DNA of 61,834 bases, taken from NCBI GenBank assembly GCA_964466965.1, contig CAYXPZ010000002.1:1-61834 (forward strand), in the 5' to 3' direction. How positions within the stretch are numbered: position 1 is the stretch's first letter; every line of letters begins with the position of its first letter. Made by a program: the position numbers and the translations under genes. Shown here piece after piece: positions 40,469-49,897 of this stretch. This DNA comes from an uncultured Hyphomicrobiaceae bacterium (GTDB lineage Bacteria > Pseudomonadota > Alphaproteobacteria > Rhizobiales > Rhodomicrobiaceae). The notes under the pieces were generated by a model. The model did not search any database, had not been told where the DNA came from, and saw nothing but the letters and a program-made list of their open reading frames with translations.

Positions 40469-41713
40469 ATGACCACCTCTACAGCGTTGTGGGCGCCGCT
40501 GGGCGCCATCGTTTTGGCTATGCTGTTGGCGGCCGCCCCCGCTGGTAATGCCGAAGAGCGTCAACGCGAAGCGCCGACCGAACAAAGCGCAGATCCTGAC
40601 CCGCGTGCGAACGACGAAGCCTTTCAACGTTCGCGGCAGCTCTTGAAGGCAATCGACGATATTCTCGCCGAGGCGGCGGAGCAGCGTTCGAAACAACAGG
40701 ATCTTCCGAGCCAGGACACCTTTCTTCTACCGCCATTATGGAGCGAAACCCGCGAAGACAACCAAGAACGGGTTCGTGCCTTACTTGACTCGGCTTTGGA
40801 AATTGTCACCGATGCGCCCGTGGTGCAAATGCAGCGTACTATCGCACAGCACCGGGCGGCGATCGACCAGATGCGCGATCAGATCACCGAGCTGAAGCAG
40901 GAGCGGCTGGCCGCGCCGGAGGACGGCTGGATGCCCGGTGTTCTAACCGATACAAAGAGCTCCATAGATGAGGCCATTGCCGAGCTTGAACGCCGGATTG
41001 CGGACAATCGTGCGGAAATCGACGAGACGAAGGCGTCAATCCACAAGGCCCTCGAAGACGCAGGGATTAAGATTGCCCGCGAACAGCTGGACCTGATGCT
41101 GGACAGCGTCCTGGGCGGCGACCTGCTGAAGCTCGTTGCGGCGTTTGAGGCGGCCAGCGGGGTCGACCAGCGCTTGGGGGAGCTGCTGGAAGCCTCATCG
41201 GATAATCCCAAGGCGGCGCGTCGTTATTTCGCCATGCACGCGTCTTTGTTCGCCATGCTGCTGCACGCCCAGGACGCGCTGATCGAGAAGATCGACAGCC
41301 AGTACATGGTCAAACTGCAGGCGATCCTGACCGACATTCGCCGCAGCCGTCAGGAGACCTACCGCTTGCTCGCGGGCGAAAACCGGCCCGATCAGCAGCG
41401 CGCGCTTGACGCCAACTTGAAGGCGCAGAACTTCGCCGAAAAGGTGGCGGATGTCTACAAGGAGTATCTTGAGACGCAGCGCGAGCAGCTCGTCGAAGCG
41501 CGCAAACGCACCATCCGCGACCTGCGCATCGCCGATAACACTTACCGCACTGTTGAAGCCAGCTTTCAGCTTCGCACGCTGATGCAAAACTCCCGGGCGA
41601 CTTTTGAAGCCATCCAGCGGCTTGAGGCCCCTGGCTTCGAGCGCATCTTCCGCAACGAGAGCCTGCGCAAGGAATTTGAACAGCTCACCCGGGAGATCGC
41701 GCCATCTTCATAG
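40469..41713 (+). CDS. secreted coiled-coil hypothetical protein
   Basis: Signal peptide ending AGNA|EE; long helical heptad-like stretches; GGAGG SD. Confidence 0.82.
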   Translation: MTTSTALWAPLGAIVLAMLLAAAPAGNAEERQREAPTEQSADPDPRANDEAFQRSRQLLKAIDDILAEAAEQRSKQQDLPSQDTFLLPPLWSETREDNQERVRALLDSALEIVTDAPVVQMQRTIAQHRAAIDQMRDQITELKQERLAAPEDGWMPGVLTDTKSSIDEAIAELERRIADNRAEIDETKASIHKALEDAGIKIAREQLDLMLDSVLGGDLLKLVAAFEAASGVDQRLGELLEASSDNPKAARRYFAMHASLFAMLLHAQDALIEKIDSQYMVKLQAILTDIRRSRQETYRLLAGENRPDQQRALDANLKAQNFAEKVADVYKEYLETQREQLVEARKRTIRDLRIADNTYRTVEASFQLRTLMQNSRATFEAIQRLEAPGFERIFRNESLRKEFEQLTREIAPSS

Positions 41714-41715
41714 GC

Positions 41716-43104
41716 TTACAGGAACCAGAGGGTCGCTAGCCCGAGGAACGCGAAAAAGCCAACTACGTCCGTTACCGTAGTGACGAAAACACTGGAGGCG
41801 ATCGCCGGGTCAACGCCCATCTTATCCAGCAAGATTGGTATGAGGATGCCGGATAGCGCAGCCGCGAACATGTTCACAATCATGGCCGCCGCGATGATAA
41901 GTCCCAGTTCGCCGGAGCCGAACCATATCAGCACCGCCACAGCGAGTAGTAACGCAAACACGAGCCCGTTAATGAGTCCGACGGCCAGTTCACGCCCGAC
42001 CACACGCAGCGTGTTGACTGCGGTAATGTCCTTCATGGCCAAGGCGCGCACCGCCACGGTCATGGTCTGAGTTCCGGCATTGCCGCCCATCGACGCAACG
42101 ATCGGCATCAGGATCGCGAGTGCAACCTGCTGCTGAAGGGTGGCATCGAACAGGCCAATCACGATCGAGGCGAAGATTGCCGTCAACAGGTTGATAAACA
42201 GCCAGGTAAAGCGGCGGCCCGTGATCTGAACGAAATTTTCCGTGATTCCCTCATCGCCAACACCGGCCAGCCGGAAAATGTCCTCGCCGGCCTCTTCTTG
42301 CACGACCTCGACGACGTCGTCGGCCGTGATGATCCCAACGAGACGCTGATCTTCATCTACCACTGGGGCGGACAGCAGATTGTACCGCTCGAAATCCCGC
42401 GCGACCTGTTCCTGATCTTGCAGCGCGGAGAAAGTTTGCACCTCGGTGTTGGTGATCTCGCTGATCAGCTTTGGCCGGCGGCTGCGGAGCAGAAAGCTAA
42501 GCGGCACGGTTCCGATCAGGTGAAAGGCCGGGTCAATCACGTAAAGCTCGGAGAAACTGTCGGGCAGATCATGAGCTTCGCGCATGTAGTCAATCGTCTG
42601 ACCGACCGACCAAAACGGCGGGACGGCGACGAAGTCCGCCTGCATGATGCGCCCGGCGGTGTCCTCCGGATAGTCCAGCGAACGCCGCAGCCTGGCGCGG
42701 TCGATCCTTGAGACCTTCGACAGGATCTCGATCTGCTCGCTTTCTTCGAGATCTTCGAGCAGATAGACCGCATCGTCGCTGTCCAGCTCCCCCACCACGG
42801 CGGCGAGCTGATCGGCTGGCATCTCCTTGATTAGCTCGTCGCGTATCGGCTCCTGCAGCTCGGAAAACATCTCGGCCGGCACATCCGGACCGAGCGCTGC
42901 GATGAGCGCGCCGCGCAGGTCGGGCCGCAGAAACTCGATCAGGTCGGCGAGATCGGCCTCTTTCAGCTCAAGCGTCGCGCGGCGGGCGGTGTCTGTGTCG
43001 CCTTGCTCCAACGCATCCGAGACGGCGTTGACGAAGGACGGCGCAAGCACATCAACCTGCGCCGGCGCATCGGCGATATCGTCGGCTGTGCCCTGGCTTT
43101 GCAT
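41716..43104 (-). CDS. mgtE: magnesium transporter MgtE
   Basis: TAGRIM, CBS pair, PIVASMGGNAGTQ, DPAIAS, TTVTDVVGF. Start 43104 or 43113. Confidence 0.96.
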   Translation of the reverse strand: MQSQGTADDIADAPAQVDVLAPSFVNAVSDALEQGDTDTARRATLELKEADLADLIEFLRPDLRGALIAALGPDVPAEMFSELQEPIRDELIKEMPADQLAAVVGELDSDDAVYLLEDLEESEQIEILSKVSRIDRARLRRSLDYPEDTAGRIMQADFVAVPPFWSVGQTIDYMREAHDLPDSFSELYVIDPAFHLIGTVPLSFLLRSRRPKLISEITNTEVQTFSALQDQEQVARDFERYNLLSAPVVDEDQRLVGIITADDVVEVVQEEAGEDIFRLAGVGDEGITENFVQITGRRFTWLFINLLTAIFASIVIGLFDATLQQQVALAILMPIVASMGGNAGTQTMTVAVRALAMKDITAVNTLRVVGRELAVGLINGLVFALLLAVAVLIWFGSGELGLIIAAAMIVNMFAAALSGILIPILLDKMGVDPAIASSVFVTTVTDVVGFFAFLGLATLWFL

Positions 43105-43291
43105 GGCCGGCATCCTGTAAAACGCGTTGAATTGCGGGCGATCTTCGTGAAGCTGGACACGCAGTCCCGCCCCTCGGCGCAGGGCGCCTTGAGCTCTAAC
43201 GCATAAATACGGTTTACACCAGAGGCGCCCGGGCTGATGCAAAGTCCGGGGCGTCGGCAATTATGGCCCGATAGCGCTTCAGTCGCCTATG

Positions 43292-43651
43292 CTACGCCAG
43301 CCCGCCGGCATCGCTATTGCGTTTGTCGTCGCGCACCTTGCGCGCATAATCCTGGAGCTGACGGCGAACGGCGGCAAACGCGTCGCGTATCGCGAGATAA
43401 ACGTCATCGTGCTGGTGCATCTCGTCTTTGCTGCTGTGGCCCACGAAATGCGCCTTACCCGGGACGTTTGCTTCAACCGTTACGAGAAACCGGTTGCCCT
43501 TGCGATGTCCGGAAATCAACTCGACGGTGACCCGGCAACTGACCAGCCGGTCGAACACCTGCTTGAGCTTATCGATATGCTCATGAATGCGGTTCTCAAC
43601 CGCTTCGGAGCTTTCCAGATGGCGAAAGGCGATCTCGACAGGCACGTCCAT
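43292..43651 (-). CDS. HPF/RaiA-family ribosome-associated protein (short form)
   Basis: PVEIAFRHL, SCRV, DVYLAIRDAF, RRQL; GGGAG SD. Confidence 0.85.
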   Translation of the reverse strand: MDVPVEIAFRHLESSEAVENRIHEHIDKLKQVFDRLVSCRVTVELISGHRKGNRFLVTVEANVPGKAHFVGHSSKDEMHQHDDVYLAIRDAFAAVRRQLQDYARKVRDDKRNSDAGGLA

Positions 43652-43712
43652 TGTTGTTTTTCTCCCGGTCTTGAATGTTTCGCGGGTGGTTTGCGCGGCG
43701 TGGTTCTAGCCC

Positions 43713-44591
43713 CTATTCCGCCGCTGTTCGGATGGGCTGAGCGCCCGGGGCGAACCGGGTGATTAGCCGCTCGGTGAGTTCGGCCAAGTCACTTTGTAGC
43801 TTGGCAAAGCCAGCCGTGATTTCAAATGTTTTTTCGCAGACATAGAGCGCACGGTTGATCTCGATTTGCAGTGCGTGAACACAGTTCGCCGGCTTCCCGT
43901 AAAACTCTGTAATATGACCGCCGGCATAAGGTTTGTTCAGGCCGACGCGATACCCCATCATGTTCAGGCTCGTGGCGGCGAAATCGACGAGATCGCGGGA
44001 GCATGATCCGCCAAACCGATCACCCAGGACGATGTCGTGAGCCGTTGCCCCCGGTGCTTCGCCGAGATGCGACGGCATCGAATGACAGTCGATAAGGAAG
44101 GCCCGGCCAAAGTTGTCGCGCGCTTCGTTGATAAGACGCGCCAGCATGTCGTGATAAGGTTGATACAGCCGCTCGACGCGCGCGAGCCCGACACTCAGCG
44201 GTAGCGGTGATGCATAGATTTCTTCGTTCTCGTTAACCAGACGCGGTATCGTTCCGAGACCGCCAACGACGCGGAGCGTGCTGGAATTGGCATAATCCGG
44301 CAGCTTTTCGGCGAACAGAGCGGGGTCCAACTCGTAAGGCTGCCGGTTCAGATCGAGATAGGCGCGCGGGAACCGGGCGCTCATCAGCGTCGCGCCTTGG
44401 TCCACTGCCGGGGCGAATAGCTCGTCAATGAACAGGTCTTCGGACATGCGCAGGGCCTGCGGCGAGAGCTGCGATGTCTTGACGAAGATTGACGGATAAA
44501 CCCTGCCGCTGTGAGGAGAATTGAAGATGAACGGCGTTATCAGCGCCTCTGGACGGTCCACGCTGAACGGCGGCGACAGCTCCGCCTCCAT
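43713..44591 (-). CDS. N-formylglutamate amidohydrolase family protein
   Basis: SPHSG, SED, PRAYLDLNR, DCHSMPS, GDRFG, PYAGG, QIEINR. Confidence 0.92.
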   Translation of the reverse strand: MEAELSPPFSVDRPEALITPFIFNSPHSGRVYPSIFVKTSQLSPQALRMSEDLFIDELFAPAVDQGATLMSARFPRAYLDLNRQPYELDPALFAEKLPDYANSSTLRVVGGLGTIPRLVNENEEIYASPLPLSVGLARVERLYQPYHDMLARLINEARDNFGRAFLIDCHSMPSHLGEAPGATAHDIVLGDRFGGSCSRDLVDFAATSLNMMGYRVGLNKPYAGGHITEFYGKPANCVHALQIEINRALYVCEKTFEITAGFAKLQSDLAELTERLITRFAPGAQPIRTAAE

Positions 44592-44747
44592 GCATTGAAT
44601 TTCGCGTTCAAGCCAGCGCGCGGGTGTTAGAAATCGGTTCATCAGCATCGTGGGAGGAACCTCAAGATAACAAGTTTAAGAGGGCGCGCTGCCGACGCTG
44701 AAGGGGTTGTCGATGGCGCGGGAGACAGGGTTGCAGATTTGTCGTCA

Positions 44748-44775
44748 TGATCTTGCTCCCCGCCGAATACGTAAG
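44748..44775 (+). promoter_or_regulatory. RpoE/ChrR (ECF11)-type promoter upstream of the photolyase
   Basis: TGATCT-N16-CGTAAG versus consensus TGATCC-N16-CGTA. Confidence 0.65.
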
Positions 44776-44808
44776 CGCACGAGTGCTGCACATCAGTATA
44801 GAATGCCA

Positions 44809-44830
44809 CAGCCGCCTTGCAAGGCGGCTG
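44809..44830. repeat. perfect 22-bp palindrome in the photolyase leader
   Basis: CAGCCGCCTTG|CAAGGCGGCTG. Confidence 0.8.
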
Positions 44831-44901
44831 CTTGGCCGCGTCGTCTCGTCGGCTGAGGGTCACTGGCGAGCCGCCAGCCGGAAAAACGTAACAGATGCCA
44901 A

Positions 44902-46341
44902 ATGCCTAATCCATCGACCATCGTCTGGTTCACCCGCGACCTGCGCTTGAGCGACCATCCGGCGCTGATCGCCGCGGCGCGTAATGGCCCGGTTGTGCCT
45001 GTCTTCATTCTTCAGCCCGACGATGCGCTCGGTTGGCCGCTCGGCGGGGCGAGCCGCTGGTGGCTTGCGCAGAGCTTGCGGTCGCTCGCGGCCGATCTGT
45101 CGATGCGTGGCTCGAAGTTGATCCTGCGGCGCGGTAATCCTGCAGCGATCTTGCCCGCTCTGGCGCAGGAGACGGGCGCCGGCGCGGTCTACTGGTCCCG
45201 TGCTTATGAGCCGGACCTCGTCGCGGCGCAGGATCAGGCACGCGAAGCGCTGGACGCCGCCGGTATCCAGGTAAAACGTTTTGGCGGGCGCATCCTGTAC
45301 GAGCCGGAACAGGTCGCGACTAAGGATGGCGCGCCTTACAAGGTCTTCACGCCGTTCTACAAGTCGATCCTAGCCCGCGACGGGCCGGCCGAGCCACTGC
45401 CGGCACCGGGCGATCTGCCCGCGCCTGTTGCATGGCCCGAAAGCGATGCGCTGGATAGCTGGGGGCTGGAGCCGACCAAGCCGGACTGGGCTGGTGGCCT
45501 TCGCTCCACGTGGACGCCGGGCGAGTCGGGCGCGCGCGCCAGGCTTGCGTGGTTCTTGAACGCGGCGGCTGCTGATTACGACGAGATGCGAGACCGACCA
45601 GACGTCGACGGCACGTCCCGCCTGTCCCCATATCTAACATTCGGCGAGATCAGTCCACGGCAGATTTGGCATTCCGCGAAGCCCCATGCCGGGGCACACG
45701 CCGAAAACGGAGTTACCTCTTTCCTGAGCGAAGTCGTCTGGCGGGAGTTTTCCTACCATTTGCTGTTTCATTGGCCTGAACTTCCCGAGACGTCTTGGCG
45801 GCCCGAATTCCGGGGGTTTCCCTGGGACGAGGACAAGCATGCGCTGCATGCCTGGCAGCGCGGGCAAACCGGCTACCCGATCGTCGATGCGGCCATGCGC
45901 CAGCTCTACGAGATCGGGTGGATGCACAACCGCTGCCGGATGATCACTGCGTCGTTCCTCATCAAGGATCTGCTGATCCCGTGGCAGCGCGGTGAGGCTT
46001 GGTTCTGGGACACGCTTGTCGATGCCGATCTTGCCAGTAATGCGGCTGGCTGGCAGTGGACGGCCGGGTCCGGCGCCGACGCAGCACCCTATTTCCGCGT
46101 TTTCAATCCGGTGCGGCAGGGCGAGAAATTCGACCCGAAAGGCGACTATGTGCGCCAATACGTGCCAGAACTCGCCAAGTTGCCGGCCAAGCACATACAT
46201 GCGCCGTGGGAGGCCCCCGCCGACGTGCTGCGTGATGCCGGAGTGCGGCTTGGCGACAGCTATCCCCGGCCGATCGTCGACCATTCCAAGGCCCGCAAGC
46301 GCGCTCTCGCCGCCTATGATGCCGTGAAAGCCGCACGCTGA
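44902..46341 (+). CDS. phr: deoxyribodipyrimidine photo-lyase
   Basis: [54 protein letters not shown]. Confidence 0.96.
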   Translation: MPNPSTIVWFTRDLRLSDHPALIAAARNGPVVPVFILQPDDALGWPLGGASRWWLAQSLRSLAADLSMRGSKLILRRGNPAAILPALAQETGAGAVYWSRAYEPDLVAAQDQAREALDAAGIQVKRFGGRILYEPEQVATKDGAPYKVFTPFYKSILARDGPAEPLPAPGDLPAPVAWPESDALDSWGLEPTKPDWAGGLRSTWTPGESGARARLAWFLNAAAADYDEMRDRPDVDGTSRLSPYLTFGEISPRQIWHSAKPHAGAHAENGVTSFLSEVVWREFSYHLLFHWPELPETSWRPEFRGFPWDEDKHALHAWQRGQTGYPIVDAAMRQLYEIGWMHNRCRMITASFLIKDLLIPWQRGEAWFWDTLVDADLASNAAGWQWTAGSGADAAPYFRVFNPVRQGEKFDPKGDYVRQYVPELAKLPAKHIHAPWEAPADVLRDAGVRLGDSYPRPIVDHSKARKRALAAYDAVKAAR

Positions 46342-46464
46342 TCGCGCGCCTCTCCTCTATGCTCCAAATTCTTCCGCTCTGCGCCGCGTTGTGCCAAAAC
46401 CATGTCGGGGCGTGGCATGTTGTGCCCAGAGCGTATCGGCCAAGGGGTGATGGGGAGCAAGACG

Positions 46465-48360
46465 ATGACCGATGGACGCGCGACCGTTTATACCGCCTGG
46501 GGGCGGACGATCGACTATCTGTTCGGCCGCAATGCGCTGATCGGCATCGCTTCCTTACTGCTGCTGGCGATATCCGGCTATGCGACATGGGTTGGCATGA
46601 GCGACTTCATCGTCGGCGTCCAGGCGGAAAACGCGCCGGAGCGCGCCCGCGATATCGGCGTTTTGTCGGTCACCAATGAAGTTTTGATCGCCGTTGTCGT
46701 CATCACCCTTACCTTTTTGATGTGGCTGGCGCTGCGTGAAACGTTCGGCGCACAGCGGCGCTGGAGCGAGCGGCTGATCACGTTTCCGCTTTATGTGTTC
46801 CTGCTGCTCTGGTCGGTGGGGTTTGGCTACGGATTTTGGTGGAGCCTGATTGCCGGAGCGGAGGCAACCCGGACCAGCCTCGCCGCCCTGCAGGAGGATG
46901 CACGCGCCGCCGGGGCGTCGGTTTCCGCGCGGCTGGATGCGGTGCAAGTGCAGCTCGACAGCGTCGTGGCCTGGTCGGAAACGCAGATGGAACGCGAGGA
47001 AACCACCGGGGGCAGTTGCGGCCGTCCGTCGGGGGCAGGCCGTGGTCCGCTCTACCGTGCGCGCGAGAGCGTGCGGGATTCGGTCGCTTCGCTGCGCGAG
47101 AGCATTGCCCAGTCCTGGATTGCGCCGGTCCAGCAAGATATTGCCGAGTTGCGTCAGAGCGCGACCGATTTATCTGGCGAGACCTTTGCTGAGCGCCAGC
47201 GCGCCTTCGAGCAACGCGCCGAGGAAATCCGCAGCCGCGCCCGCAGCATTGCCTCACGCAGCAACGAGCTTGGCGCGTCTTATGCCGCGGAGATGCGTGC
47301 GCTCGCCAGTGTCGTGTCGATCCCGCCGGGAAAGGCTGGCTTTTCGTGTTATGATCCTACGCTTGCCGAGCGATTGCGTCAGGCGGCGGACCAGGCTGAT
47401 GAACCTGTCGTACTCGACTTGCGCACCGCCGAGTTTACCGAAGGCCCAGCAGGCGTCGCAAACGCGATCAAGCTGTTATGGACCAACATTGGCGCGTATC
47501 TGTCGGGATTGATCGACTTGATTGGCAATGGGTTCTCTGCGCCTGAAAACGGAAACGGCGCTGCGCCTGTTGCCGGCATCACCGGGCGCGACCTGATCGC
47601 ACTGCTCGCGGCGATTGGTGTGGACTTGGGGCTGTTTGCCCTGATGGTGCTCAATCCGCCGGCGACGCCGCCCACACGTCGCGATGCGCTCGCAGCCACC
47701 CAGGCGCGGCTGCACGTCCCGACTTCGACCGTGGTTCGCCAAATTAGTGCGGCGCTGAAGACCGCCATCGCGCGTGCGCCCAACGCGGATCTGGAGTGGG
47801 TGCGCCAGCACTTCGTTCATCATCGGAACACGTCGTATTTCGTGATCCCGAACCTTTATAGCTCCCAGGAAAAACAGGATGAGGAACTCAAGGCGCTGGC
47901 GATGAACCAGCTTGCTGGCGTGTTGGACGACCTGAATCTCATTGTAGCGCTGACCCCGGATGAGCTGAGAAAGTTCGGCGAGGAGGAGGAGCGTGACAGC
48001 TTCAGCGATCTGAGCCTTTACCGTGACCGTCGCCGGGCGGGCCGTGAGGACACCTCGGGCACAGCCGCGTCCGAACACCCAAGACCGATGCGCAACCATG
48101 GTCTGCTCTCAAAGGCCGAGCGGGCGCTCGATATCGCTGGATGGAGCGACGACGCGAAGCGCGACGTGGAAATCTACAAGCTGGTCGATACCGAAGGGCT
48201 TACGCCGCTGCTGGTGCTGCTGAACGAGGCCACGCTTGAAAACGACCCGGCTGAGGAACAATCTCAAGATAGTGGGGCCGGCGATGTCCGGCGCGAAGAG
48301 GATCGAGGGATGCTGCGCGGCACGACAGCAGGGCTGATTGACCAGAAGCCAGAGAGCTGA
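46465..48360 (+). CDS. membrane-anchored coiled-coil hypothetical protein (DUF4407-like segment)
   Basis: Three N-terminal TM segments, coiled coil with EETTGGSCGRPSGAGRGPLY, a further TM, and a C-terminal soluble domain; GGAG SD. Confidence 0.78.
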   Translation: MTDGRATVYTAWGRTIDYLFGRNALIGIASLLLLAISGYATWVGMSDFIVGVQAENAPERARDIGVLSVTNEVLIAVVVITLTFLMWLALRETFGAQRRWSERLITFPLYVFLLLWSVGFGYGFWWSLIAGAEATRTSLAALQEDARAAGASVSARLDAVQVQLDSVVAWSETQMEREETTGGSCGRPSGAGRGPLYRARESVRDSVASLRESIAQSWIAPVQQDIAELRQSATDLSGETFAERQRAFEQRAEEIRSRARSIASRSNELGASYAAEMRALASVVSIPPGKAGFSCYDPTLAERLRQAADQADEPVVLDLRTAEFTEGPAGVANAIKLLWTNIGAYLSGLIDLIGNGFSAPENGNGAAPVAGITGRDLIALLAAIGVDLGLFALMVLNPPATPPTRRDALAATQARLHVPTSTVVRQISAALKTAIARAPNADLEWVRQHFVHHRNTSYFVIPNLYSSQEKQDEELKALAMNQLAGVLDDLNLIVALTPDELRKFGEEEERDSFSDLSLYRDRRRAGREDTSGTAASEHPRPMRNHGLLSKAERALDIAGWSDDAKRDVEIYKLVDTEGLTPLLVLLNEATLENDPAEEQSQDSGAGDVRREEDRGMLRGTTAGLIDQKPES

Positions 48361-48404
48361 TGAGCCGCGCGTATCCACGCCAACATACCCATGACGAAAT
48401 ACCC

Positions 48405-49181
48405 ATGACGAAGCGTATCGATCTGAACGCCGATATCGGCGAGAGCTACGGTCCGTGGCGGCTGGCTGACGACAGTGCCATCATGGATTGCGTCAGCTCT
48501 GTGAACATCGCTTGTGGCGGCCACGCCGGCGATCCCGACACGATCGTCGCCACAGCGACCGAAGCGCGGGCGCGCAACCTCGGTCTGGGGGCGCATCCCG
48601 GTTATGATGACAAACAGGGGTTCGGCCGCCGGGTAATCTCGATGAGCGCCGTCGAAATCGAGCGTATGATCGCGTATCAGATTGGCGGGCTCGCGGCCTG
48701 CGCGGCGCTCGTGGGCGCCCAGGTCGATCATATTAAGGCCCACGGGGCGCTCGCGAATCTGGCAGCGCGGGAGCCTGACGTTGCAGGAGCGGTGGCGCGT
48801 GCAGTTCACGCTGTGTTGCCCAAAGCCTGGCTGCTGGCGATCGCCGGGACGGAGATCGAACGGGTCGGCGAAAAGGCGGGCCTGCGCGTTGCGCGCGAGG
48901 CATTTGCCGATCGGGGATATGATGACGCCGGAAATCTGCTGCCGCGCGGGACGCCTGGCGCCGTTTTGACCGACCCCGAAGCAATTGCCGAGCGTGTGAT
49001 CGCCATGATCGAGCAGGGCGGGCTTATTACCGGCTCGGGTCAGCGCCGGCCGACGCATATCGACAGCATTTGCATTCACAGTGACACGCCGGGCGCGCTG
49101 CCCATCGCGCAGCAGGTTCGCGCGGCGCTCGACGCCGCGGGCTACGTGGTCAAACCTTTTTCCCGTGGGGATGAGGTGTGA
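48405..49181 (+). CDS. pxpA: 5-oxoprolinase subunit A (LamB/YcsF)
   Basis: DLNADIGES, NIACGGHAGD, GAHPG, HIKAHGAL, EAFADRGY, CIHSD. Confidence 0.94.
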   Translation: MTKRIDLNADIGESYGPWRLADDSAIMDCVSSVNIACGGHAGDPDTIVATATEARARNLGLGAHPGYDDKQGFGRRVISMSAVEIERMIAYQIGGLAACAALVGAQVDHIKAHGALANLAAREPDVAGAVARAVHAVLPKAWLLAIAGTEIERVGEKAGLRVAREAFADRGYDDAGNLLPRGTPGAVLTDPEAIAERVIAMIEQGGLITGSGQRRPTHIDSICIHSDTPGALPIAQQVRAALDAAGYVVKPFSRGDEV

Positions 49182-49897
49182 CCTTCCTGAGTGAGGCGCG
49201 CATTCGCGATGCCGGCGAGAGCGCCATTTCCATCGAACTCGGCGAAGGCATTGAGCCGCGCGTGCATCAGCAGGTGCTGGCTTTGGACGCTGCGATCTGT
49301 GCGACACCGATCGCGGGTCTCCGCGAAACCGTCCCGAGTTATCGCGCGCTGCTAGTAATCTACGATCCGGAAGAGATCGCACGCGATACGCTGATCGCGA
49401 AACTTGAGACACTCGCGCCACGAGCTGCGGATCTCAGCCCGCGAGAATGGTTGATTCCAGCCTGCTTCGAGGGCGATCATTCCGACGACATGGCCATGAT
49501 TGCCGAGCAGACCGGGCTTTCCCCAGGCGACATCGTCGATGCGCTGACGGCGTCGCCGCTGCGCTTGTACATGTACGGCTTCGCGCCGGGGTTTGCCTAT
49601 CTTGGCGGGCTGGATCCGCGGCTTGCCATTCCCCGCCGCTCGACACCGCGCCCATCCATGCCGCCGGGCAGCCTGATGATTGCAGGCGGGCAGGCAAGTC
49701 TTGCGTCGGTTTCGATGCCGACCGGCTGGTATGTGGCGGGCCGGACGCCCCTTCAGATGTTCCGGCCGGATCGCGACCCCATGGTGCCGTTTCAGCCCGG
49801 CGATTCGATCAGGTTACGCGCGGTATCTGAGGCGGAATTCGACGAGCTACGGGCCGGCGCGGAGGCTGGCGCAGCTGTGTGTGAGGTTGAGCCGTGA
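49178..49897 (+). CDS. pxpB: 5-oxoprolinase subunit B (KipI-like)
   Basis: ETVPSY, GFAPGFAYL, PRR, PTGW, GRTP. Confidence 0.92.
   Translation: MTFLSEARIRDAGESAISIELGEGIEPRVHQQVLALDAAICATPIAGLRETVPSYRALLVIYDPEEIARDTLIAKLETLAPRAADLSPREWLIPACFEGDHSDDMAMIAEQTGLSPGDIVDALTASPLRLYMYGFAPGFAYLGGLDPRLAIPRRSTPRPSMPPGSLMIAGGQASLASVSMPTGWYVAGRTPLQMFRPDRDPMVPFQPGDSIRLRAVSEAEFDELRAGAEAGAAVCEVEP

Noticed and set aside
31889-46341. Genomic island or prophage at tRNA-Leu
   Set aside because: No integrase, transposase, phage genes or att duplication seen; the GTCCGCACCA match near 35842 is a chance hit inside suyB.
48264-49421. 385-aa minus-strand ORF
   Set aside because: Antisense to well-supported pxpA and pxpB.
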